This document shows, piece by piece, positions 53,900 through 64,000 of a stretch of 64,000 bases of DNA. The translations under genes and the position numbers were made by a program. Origin of the DNA: Octopus vulgaris (taxonomy: Eukaryota); contig OX597818.1 of assembly GCA_951406725.2 (NCBI GenBank), positions 70,556,001 to 70,620,000 on the forward strand, given 5' to 3'. Below the pieces are notes generated by a model. That model did not search any database. It saw only the letters and a program-made list of their open reading frames with translations, and was not told the DNA's origin. How positions within the stretch are numbered: the stretch's first letter is position 1; each line of letters starts with the position of its first letter.

Positions 53900-55081
53900 C
53901 TAGCATTAAAGACCCGTCGTTGCCGAGTCATAGTGCTAGTGCATGTATATATATATATATATGTGTGTACATATTACATGTACATCTATATATATACATC
54001 TACACATAAAATACAAAATACAAAGTTATCTCTTGATATTGCTAGTGATAACAATACTCAAAATATATAACAGACTGGAATTGTTAACCCGTCTCTTGTA
54101 ATTTTGATCAATTGTATCTTGTCCTCCCTCTTGTATAGAAGTGTGGCTACAATCCAGCCTACCTCTATTTCTGTGGGGTGGGGACATTCTTAATTTTTTT
54201 CCGTGATGTCCTACGTCCCAGATATAAAGGTAAAAATAAAATATTTCCACTTTGCAAGTTTGAGTCGAGTACTCCCTTGCACGCTCTGTTGACTCGAACC
54301 TTGCTTCTATTGTGGCGAATTTACCGCCTCTGATTAGATACCTTTCATAGACGCACCATGACACTTTTCGAAGGTGCTTTCTTCCATGTGTTCAAATCTT
54401 CTTTTTTCTCTACATTGTATACTTTATAGACAATAGTCTTTTTTTAAATTTCATTTTTTATTATCCATCTGAACTTTTCCATTTCTGCACGCTAATTTTA
54501 TTTTTAATTTATTCCCATTCATGTGAAACCACTTATTCAAGTTCAAATCATTGATGCAATTTTATACGAATTGCTATTTTTACTTTTGTTATGTTACGAT
54601 TATATTATACTTTAGTTTGATTTTAATTATTACTTACTACATATAATTCAATTGTTATTATTATTTTTATTGTTTAAGTGAAAGTATCTGACATAAAATA
54701 GAGAAACGTTTTTGTTTCACTTTTAACACGTAATGCTGAAATAGTGGAGAAGATATGATATTGCTATGGGTTCGCTCTAGGCAAGAAGTTGAACATTTTT
54801 TTGCCCATGAAACTACATAGACCCTAAGTAAGGCATGTGTAAATTTTGAATGGAATTGGTTGTGTAGTTCTCAAGTTTTAGGGAATCGTAATGGAGAAGA
54901 TATGATATTGCTGTGGGCTCGCCCTAGGCAAAAAGTTTTTAAATCTTTTGCCGATAACACTCCCCGGACCCTAAGTAAGACATGTGTAAAATTTGAATGA
55001 AATTGGTTGTGTAGTTCTCAAGTTTTAGGGAAACACACAGACAGACAGACACACACATTCTCAGTTTTATATATATTAAGA
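53900..55081 (-). mobile_element. Non-autonomous Helitron (1182 bp) nested in a family A SINE
   Basis: Minus strand starts A|TCTTAATATATATAAAACTGAG and ends with hairpin GACTCGGCAACGACGGGTC then CTAG|T; internal ~147-bp direct duplication (54746-54884 / 54893-55032); SINE head remnant at 53855-53885 and SINE tail at 55150-55320 flank it. Confidence 0.9.
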
Positions 55082-55096
55082 TACATATATATATAA

Positions 55097-55139
<43 letters not shown>

Positions 55140-55461
55140 TTATGTGTGTATCTGTGTGTCTGTGTCTTTATGTCTGTGTTTATGTCCCTGTAATTTAGCA
55201 ATTTGGCTAAAGAGACTGATACAACAATACCAAGTTTCACTCAACTAAAAAATTCTTCAAGGTTTGCCCCAGAATGGCCACTGTTTAATGACTGAAACAA
55301 GTAAAAGATAAAATATAAAAGAAAAATGCGAGATCAATTGGGAAAGTTATGCTTTTGATGGCCCCTAAATGGAGAAAAGAAGATCTTTTGGGAAGTGTAC
55401 ACATTTCCTTTGCAGTTGATAGTGATCTGTAATATTTGAAGTTGTCTATGTTTCACTGAAG

Positions 55462-55521
55462 TGTCCAATCAGAGCTGCCCTACGTCTAAATTGTCCAATC
55501 AGAGCTGCCCTATGTCTAAAT
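55462..55521 (+). repeat. 2 x 30-bp tandem duplication, each unit containing CCAATCAG
   Basis: tgtccaatcagagctgccctaYgtctaaat twice, one mismatch. Confidence 0.9.
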
Positions 55522-56019
55522 TCTAACACCTAATGAACGAGAGTGAATGAGTAGATCTTGTGTGAAAGGTTAATAGTGCTCAACAGCGATTGCCAGGATT
55601 CCTTCCTCACCCACACACATCCTCAATTAAATGTTTTCTCTCTATTAAAGGTTACTTATTCCTCTCATCATCCTCATTAACTAGTTTGGTAATGGTTTGT
55701 AATTTTACTTAGCTCAAAGTTAAACAGAAATTACAAATTTAAAATAAATTAATCTTAGTGGTTCTCATCTGAAATTACTTTTTACATTTTGTTTTTTTTT
55801 CATCATTTTATTTATTTACTTATTCTTTCTTTTTACTTCTTCAAACTAATTCTGTAGTTGTTACTACTTGAAGCTGAATTAAATTGAAATGTTAATTAAT
55901 GTTTTTTTATAAAAAAAAAACTATGTTTTTTAATTTTTTTTCTTGTTTTATCTTCTTCCTTTTGTAGATGTTGTCTGATTCTGATTATTACAGTAATTAT
56001 CACTTGTTCGTTTAAAATC

Positions 56020-56054
56020 ATTTTCTTTTTTTTTTTTTCTTTTTCCAGGTAAGT
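56020..56054 (+). promoter_or_regulatory. Juxtaposed 3'/5' splice site (polypyrimidine-CAG|GTAAGT), candidate recursive splice point
   Basis: About 26 nt of T/C, CAG at 56046-56048, then perfect GTAAGT at 56049-56054. Confidence 0.55.
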
Positions 56055-56952
56055 CAGACATTGGTATTTCCGCAAGAGAAGCCACACTGCAGACAAAAAA
56101 TTATAACTATTGGTAAATATAGCTTTAAATATGCATTTTATTGAGCAAAGTTTACATGTGAGACTGGAATAATTTAATAACAGAATATATTAGTAATTTA
56201 TCTTCATAATTTATTGATGAACGAAAGTGTATAACGAAATAGCTGTGATAATTTGTTAATCTGAGGTTAGAGTGAAAAGAAAATCTAGTTAAATGCATTA
56301 TTAAATCTAATTCCGTTAGTTGGATTATTTGAATCTCGTTTCTGTATTTCATTGAATATAATTGATATGTTTAGTGGAATGAGATGATACTTTTGAAGCG
56401 ATCTTCATGGAATCGAAAATATGGTTTTCAATATGATTGTGAATGAAGAGTCAAAGAAAGCTAAATCTGGCAACAAGAATGGAGGCATGAAAGGTGAAGA
56501 AAGCGAAACGTTAAAAAGATAAAATAAAGAAATATGGTGTGAAGAAGGAAATGAGGTTTGGTGCAAACCAGAAGAAATAAAGTTGTGCAGCTGTGATTCA
56601 TGAATATGTGTGATGTGAAAGTGTGATGAATTTCGAAATGGAAGAAGTGGTGAGGCTGTACAAAAATGTCATTGAGAAGAAAGGAAATCTCTTAGAGTGA
56701 AGCAGACATGCTAATGCTCAAAGATAACTGGAACCATTTCTTATAAAAGTGACAAAAGCTAGCATAAAGGAAAATCAGATGCTAAATCAAAATAGATGAA
56801 CCTTGGCCGACCCCCATCATCATCATCATCATCATCATCGTTTAACGTCCGCTCAAAAAGTCAATTGTATGGAGAAAGTTATAATCTATAGATTACAATC
56901 TCATTAGAGTTCTTTCTATATTTCACATGTTTTAATCCATAAAATAAATGCA

Positions 56953-57150
56953 ATGAGCTGGCAGAGTTGTTACTGCACCTGGCAAAATGCATTTTGTTTG
57001 TATTTATGTTCTGAGTTCAAATTCTGTTGAGGTTGACTTTGCCTTTCATCCTTCCAGGGTCGATAAAAAAAGTACCAGCTGAGCACCTTGATTGATATAA
57101 TCAACTCATACCCTCCCCAGAAAATGCTGGCCTTGTGTCAAAATTTGAAA
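56953..57150 (+). mobile_element. tRNA-derived SINE, family B
   Basis: gagctggcagag...gagttcaaattc...gactttgcctttcatccttccagggtcgataaa..agtaccag. Confidence 0.8.
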
Positions 57151-57944
57151 CTAATATATAAAGTAAATACAAATGTCTACATGATCAGTTTTGATCCTAA
57201 GTGGTTGAAATACTGTGCTTGTAGGTTCTCTGTCAATCGGGTTTACCTATTTACCTGCAGCCATAGGCTTAAGCAAGGTATTTTTGGAAAAGACTGGCTC
57301 CTATTCATACATGTAAGGCACTATTTCTCCATTCTAGCAATGATATCAAAGGTAAAAAAATATCACCACTTTGAAAGCATTGCAGCTTAGCACTAATATC
57401 ATTGTTGGTGTTACTGTCAGAAGACAACAAAATGCCAGAATAGATGCCACAAGAGCTCATGTTTGATCCTCCATCAGTTCTGTCAATTCACCACTCTCTG
57501 TTGGTACTTTTTCATTGACTCCAAACAGCTGAGAGGAAAATTTGACCTTGGGAAGACCTTGACATATGAGATTTGTTCTGACTCTCAAATGTTGACTCTC
57601 TATGACATGTTGAAGCTCTCTATGACATGTATTAAGGTATATCTTTTCAAAATGAAGATCTTAATTTATGTAGCTTTTTCTGATATCTCTTCTTTTTAGC
57701 TTCTCACTGAAAAATGAAGAATATCATACACACCAATTGTTACAAAGACTTTGGCAATATTTACTGATTATAAAAGTAATTTAGAATCACTATGGAAACC
57801 AATATTAATTTATAATAATTAACAACTTATTAATAAAGGAATAAAATTGAATAAATACAAATATTGGTGGGTTGGGAAATGGGTATTTCCTTAAAAAGAA
57901 AACAAATATAAGATTAAAATTTCATTTTAGATACATATCTGTTT

Positions 57945-58285
57945 GGTAAGCAGTTTATTTCCCAACCACAAGGTTCTAGGTTCAGTCCCACTGGGACAAG
58001 TGTCTTCCACTTTAGCCCCAGGCTGATAAATGCCTTGTGAGTGAATGTGATAGATAGAAACTGAAAGAAGTTCATCATGTATGTGTGTGTGTGTGTGCTT
58101 GTGTTTGTCCCCCACTACCACTTGACAGCTAATGTTGGTTTGTTTACAACCCTGTAACTTAATAGTTTGGCAAAAGAGACCATTAGAATAATTACCAGTC
58201 TTTAAAAAATAAGTTCTAGGTTTGATGAAACCCTTCAAAGCCTGCCCCAGCTTGGCCACTGTCCAATTACTGAAAGAAGTAAAAG
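57945..58285 (+). mobile_element. SINE family A
   Basis: ggtaag...ggttcagtcccactg...gaaactgaaagaag, (TG)n, tail homologous to 49567-49973. Confidence 0.8.
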
Positions 58286-59309
58286 TGATCTTGACCCATC
58301 TTCTGAATGACTTGGATCATCATTCTAGATGGAATTTACAGACCACACATCAACTAAACAGAGTCAATATCTCATGGTTGAATGGTTTGTATTTTAGGTA
58401 TTAATAAACCTGAATTTAAATTTGGTTTATTTGTTATTTTTTATAAATCAGAAGGAAAGGAACCGTTAAGGAAATCCTTGACTGCTCTTTCCATTAATAT
58501 TAGATATTTTTCACATTTATAATCCCACTCAACAAAGTCGCTGCTAGTCCCACCTTTTCAGAGATGATAGAGTGATAAACCCCCAACAGACAAGGATGAG
58601 CAACAGGAAGGGTACTTGGCTGTAAAACAATGCTTTAGTTATATGCATTCACCTAACTCATGCAAGCATGGAGAGATAGATGTAAAACAGAGAATGAATG
58701 GTTCTGAGCAGGTTCTTAAGAAGCCCTCGCCTCACCAATGCCTACATACCAGAATGTTTTAAAAGTCAATGTTTCAAGAGAAAAACTGGAGAAATTTTGG
58801 TTTGGCCTGAACACTGGCAGCAGAGTAAACAGCCCCAACCTTCTTTATAAGTTATTTTTATTTCACCAAATTATTTATAATTTACATTTATATTTACACA
58901 GGAGAATTGCTTGTGAAATAAGACTAAATTATTGAGTGGTGTTTATTTTTACTTATCAGAGGCCAATTGCAGTTATTATTTTGTCAGATGTGGCCTTAGC
59001 AATGAGAAGTGATCAACTTCACCAGAGAGAATTTAATATGGGTGAGACTAAGAGAAATTGGAAAAAATAATGAAAATCTGCTCCAGTTGTTGAGAGCAAA
59101 GTTTTGAGATTTAATTAAGTTGTTCATGTCTTTGAGTCATTTGATTCTATAAGAGATTGTCATCATAACAGTCTGTGATGACAAAAGAACTGTCAGACAG
59201 CATGTCATCTAGACTGATCTCATTAAAAAGAAAGAAATAATGAGCAATCCTAGACTAATCAGAATTGAATAATTAAGATAATAGGACATTATTTGGTAGA
59301 TAGATTACT

Positions 59310-59525
59310 TTATTCTTTTACTAATTACCATCATCAGACTGCAGCCATGCTGGGGCCACATCTTTAATGACTTTTAGTTGTGTTGACTTCAATACTTCAT
59401 CAGGAACCCATTTTACTGATCTCTGTTTAGCAAATGGTTAAGTCTACCTTGACTTACATCATTTTTAGAGTTACCTTTCCTTCGAAGGGTTAAATATCAC
59501 AAGGTAGTAACACTGGTTTATAGAG

Positions 59526-59573
<48 letters not shown>

Positions 59574-59728
59574 ACAAACACACACACACACACACACACA
59601 CACATGCACATTCAATGAGCTTCACCAAATTTCACTTCCAATACATTGGCCAAATCCAAGTGTGGGGACAGTAGGGATTGAACATGGGACTTTATGATTG
59701 CAAAGGGAGCTTGTTAACCACACAGTGA
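59310..59728 (-). mobile_element. SINE family A, degenerate, with expanded (CA)n
   Basis: Tail gcagccatgctgggg at 59341; head accacacag / attgaac at 59680-59725; (CA)n at 59508-59603. Confidence 0.6.
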
Positions 59729-60346
59729 TGCATGAACAGGAGAAAAATAGTCTGTCTCTGTTTTGTATAAAGTCAACGATGCAATAGGAAAAGCTAATAC
59801 AGTTCTAAACTAGTTTGTTTTGGGATTAATCAACTTTATCTTCATAAATTTATTGATTTATGTTAATGAGGGGGGGGTTAAACTTTTTTTTTAAACTCTG
59901 TTTACCCAAAATGATGAACCTAGATGTATTTAGAGTATTTAATTCTATCTTTCAGACGAGCAATTTGAAATTTTGTGAAGACCATTTTCATCTTTGTTTT
60001 CTCTAATTCATATTCTTTTATTCTTTTATACGATGAAGCCCTAAGGCTGTGGCCATATTGGAGCATCACCATATGCTGGTGTTATCTCCACCCACATCAA
60101 TCTAAGATGCTTTCATTGTTGCCTGGTGTTTCTCACAAATTTGTTCAGTCTTCACACTTCCAGCTTCATCTTCGTTTATGATATAAGCTTTCTTTTACAT
60201 TAGAGCCTTCCTGGGACACCATTTGGGGGATTTTACTCGGTCATATTTACCCTAGTACTTTACCAATCACTATTTATTGAATGGCCAAGTCTATCTTGGT
60301 CTAAAAGGATGTAGCTTGCTCACAAAAACCTCATAACATATTTTTG

Positions 60347-63300
60347 AGGTACAAGATTTTCAAGATTTTCTGGGCTGGGAACACTGACGGGGTTGAGGGC
60401 GTGGGTATAATTATTGTTGAAAAATGGGTAGATAAGGTAATCGAGGTAGTCAGAGTATGCGACAAAATACTTAAGATTAGATTAGTGCTTCATCATGGAT
60501 TAGCAACTATTATATCGGCCTATGCCCCTCAGCCAGGGCTACCAATGGACAGAAAGACCGATTCTATGACACCCTATTGCAGACTACCTCATCGATGAAC
60601 GACAGGGACCTTCTCTTTGTGGCTGGTGACTTCAATGGGTATGTTGGACGACATGCTGGGGGCTTCCATGGCATACATGGAGGCTACGGTTATGGTTCCT
60701 GCAACGAGGAGGGAACCAGGCTGCTGGAGTTTTGCGATGTGAATAGTCTTATGGTTTGCAACACTAACTTCAGGAAACCTACCAGCCACTTAGTCACCTA
60801 CTGATCGGGCCGACATACTAGCCAAATCGACTACATCCTTGCCAGGAAAAGGGAAAGATGGCTGCTTATAAATGCCAAAACCTTCCCAAGCGAAGAATGT
60901 ACCCCACAACATAGACTGGTAGTTAGTGACTTTAGGATCAGGACTAAGAGGACGACCAGAAGACGACTAACATGGAGAAGAAGGATCTGGAAGCTTAAAG
61001 ATCCTGCGAATGGACAGAGACTTATGTACATATTACTTGAAGCCTTTGACGAAGTAGAAGGGGTTATAGCTTCACATGGGATAGAAGACAACTGGAGGTC
61101 TCTAAGGGACAACCTGCTGAGAGCCACTGACCAGATCTCTGGTTGGTGCAAAGTCCCCTCAAGACCCAAAATAACATGGTGGAACAATATTGTTGACAGG
61201 GCTATTAGACAAAAGAAACAAGCTTGGGAGGACTGGAAGAACGGTGGTAGCAGGGAATTGTATCAGACTGCCAGAAAGGAAGTTGGAGGCAGGTGTATTT
61301 AGCCAGAATGGAAGCAGATAAGAAAAAATTTGCCAATGTTCTGCGCTGTGAGGATGAAAGACTTGAAGTATTTCGGGTTGCAAGACAGTGTGTGAGAGAA
61401 AATCATGATGTGGTAGGAGAGAAGTGTGTTCGCATGGATGATGGTTCACTTGCGCTAAATGAGGATGCAAAGAGAGAGGTTTGGAGACACCACTATGAAA
61501 GGTTGCTGAATAAAGAAAATGAATGGGATAAAGAGAGTCTGCCAAATGTCGGCCCAACAGAGGGACTAGCTATCCGAGTTGACAGTTCCTTGGTAGTTAA
61601 GGCAATTAGAAGCATGGAGACAGGGAAAGACCCAGGCCCATCAGGAATTACTGCAGAGATGCCCAAAATATCTGGTAGTGTCGGCTATAGCCTAGTCACC
61701 CATATAGTTAACCAGGTGATACACGAAGGAGTCATACCCAATGACTGGTGTAGCAGCATAATAGTCAACTGCTACAAAGGTAAAGGTGGTGCCCTAGATA
61801 CAAATAATTACTGAGGTATCAAGCTGTTGGATCAGGTAATGAAGGTTACTAATTAGAGAGAGAGTTAATTTAGATGAGATGCAGTTTGGGCTCGTGCCAG
61901 GGAAAAGTACTACTGATGCTATATTCCTGGTAAGACAGCTGCAGGAGAAATACCTAGCCAAAGATAAGCCCCTGTACCTGGCTTTTGTTGACATGGAGAA
62001 AGCCTTCAACAGGGTCCCCCGATCCCTTATCTGGTGGTCAATGAGGAAACTAGGGATAGATGAATGGTTAGTGAGAGCTGTGCGAGCCATGTACAGCGAC
62101 GCTGCTAGTAAGGTGAGGGTTGGCAATGAGTACAGTGAAGAATTCCGGGTAGAGGTTGGGGTCCACCAAGGTTCAGTCCTCAGCCCCCTCCTATTTATCA
62201 TAGTCCTCCAGGCAATAACGTAGGAATTCAAGACAGGATGCCCCTGGGAGCTCCTCTATGCTGACGACCTTGCTCTAATTGCTGAGTCACTATCAGAATT
62301 AGAGGAGAAGTTTCAGGTGTGGAAGCAAGGATTAGAATCGAAGGGCCTTAGAGTCAACCTAGCTAAAACCAAAGTCCTAATAAGTAGGAAGGTAGACACA
62401 AATCACAAATGCCTTCAGGTAGATGGCCCTGCTCGATCTGTAGAAAAGGTATAGGTAGAAACTCTATACGATGCACCAAGTGTAAGCTATGGACTCATAA
62501 GAGGTGCAGCAATGTCAAAGGAAGGCTAACTAGGAAAATAATTTTTGTATGTGGCAGATGCTCAGGAGCAATAAACACTGAAAATGCGCAGGGACCAACT
62601 TCCACCACATTCCAGGGAGAAAAACTAGAAATAGTTGATAGCTTCCATTACCTAAGTGACCAAGTCAGTAGCGAGGGTGGGTGTGCTGAAAGTGTAACTG
62701 CTAGAGTAAGAATAGCTTGGGCAAAGTTCAGAGAGCTCTTACCCCTGCTGGTGACAAAAAGCCTCTTGCTCAGAGTAAAAGGCAGACTGTATGATGCATG
62801 TGTATGAACAGCCATGCTACATGATAGTGAAACATGGGCTGTGACTGCTGAGGATATGCGTAAGCTCGCAAAAATAAAGCCAGTATGCTCTGATGAATGT
62901 GTAATGTCAGTGTTTGTACTCGACAGAGTGTAAGTACCTTGAGAGAAAAGTTGGACCTAAGAAGCATCAGTTGTGGTGTGCAAGAGAGACGTTTGCGCTG
63001 GTATGGTCATGTGACAAGAATGGCTGAAGATAGTTGTGTGAAAAAGTGCCACACCCTAGTGGTTGAGGGAACCTGTGGAAGAGGTATACCCAGGAAAACC
63101 TGGAATGAGGTGGTGAAGCACGACCTTCAAACTTTAGGTCTCACTGAGGAAATGACTAGAGACTGAGACCTATGGAAGTCTGCTGTGCGTGAGAAGACCC
63201 GGCAGGACAATTGAGACCATAACCCGTGGCCTCTACCTGGGATGTAGCCAGTCCACTTATGCATACCTTTCCTTCTTGGGACACAAAACTCTACTTGTGA

Positions 63301-63734
63301 AGACCAGTTGAGGCAAGTGAGAATCAGAATCAAAATCGAAATCGATCAACATCAATGGAAATTGTAGCTGTGATACCAGTGCCGGTGGCACATAAGCGAA
63401 CCATCCGATCGTGGCCGTTGCCAGCCTCGCCTGGCCCCCATGCCGATGGCACGTAAAAAGCACCATCCGATCGTGGCCATAGCTAGCCTCGCCTGGCCCC
63501 CATGCTGGTGGCACGTAAAAAGCACCATCCGACCGTGGCCATTTGCCAGTCCCGTCTGGCAGGTAAAAAGCACCCACTACACTCATGGAGTGGTTGGCGT
63601 TAGGAAGGGCATCCAGCCGTAGAAACATTGCCAGATCAGACTGGGCCTGGTGTTGCCTTCTGACCTCCCAGACCCCAGTTGAACCGTTCAACCCATGCTA
63701 GCATGGAAGGCGGACGCTAAATGATGATGATGAT
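60347..63734 (+). mobile_element. Near-complete RTE-clade LINE (APE endonuclease, RT, PHD-like finger), disrupted
   Basis: GVG, ISAYAPQ, AGDFNG, NTNF, IDYIL, QHRLV (endonuclease); K.PGPSGI, YKGKG, QFG..PGKSTTDAIF, DMEKAF, QGSVLSP, YADD (62257-62268), RG.PRKTW; several stops and frameshifts; 3' UTR with tandem units and (GAT)n tail. 5' end truncated inside the endonuclease. Confidence 0.97.
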
Positions 63735-63742
63735 CAAGATCT

Positions 63743-63980
63743 TATTTCTTTATTGCCAACAAGGGCTAAACATAGAGGGGACAAACAAGGACAGATAAAG
63801 GGATTAAGTCAAATACATCGACCCCAGTGCATAACTGGTACTTAATTTATCAACCCTGAAAGGATGAAAGTCAAAGTCAACTTTGGCAAAATTTGAACTC
63901 AGAGCATAAAGGCAGATGAAATACTGCTTAGTATTTCGCCTGGCATGCTAACATTTCTGCCAGCTCCCCCTGCCTTCAAC
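63743..63980 (-). mobile_element. tRNA-derived SINE, family B, with 10-bp target-site duplication
   Basis: Homologous to 31581-31803; flanked by ATCAAGATCT at 63733-63742 and 63981-63990. Confidence 0.9.
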
Positions 63981-64000
63981 ATCAAGATCTATTGACAATT

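Overview
AT-rich, microsatellite-dense animal DNA. The repeat families (three tRNA-headed SINE families, RTE LINEs ending in (GAT)n, mariner/maT relics) look like an Octopus genome; this is inferred from recognising the repeats, not from a search. I see no intact protein-coding gene; nearly all tracked ORFs come from microsatellites or transposon relics. Supportable content: a near-complete but disrupted RTE LINE (60.3-63.7 kb; APE endonuclease, RT with an inserted C4HC3 PHD-like finger) and several truncated copies, a complete mariner (DD34D) with TIRs and TA flanks, a second mariner, three maT-type (DD37D) relics, two non-autonomous Helitrons, R4/Dong-type LINE fragments, several MITE-like inverted repeats and many SINE copies. 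The most interesting non-TE signals are on the + strand in 45-56 kb: a textbook polypyrimidine-CAG|GTAAGT site (candidate recursive splice point), two candidate exons that join in frame into a G-KR/G-RR peptide, and a 13 x 23-bp array with an invariant CAGGAAA core. The window is probably part of a very long intron or gene-poor region. All exon and regulatory calls are hypotheses. Coordinates of degenerate repeats are approximate.
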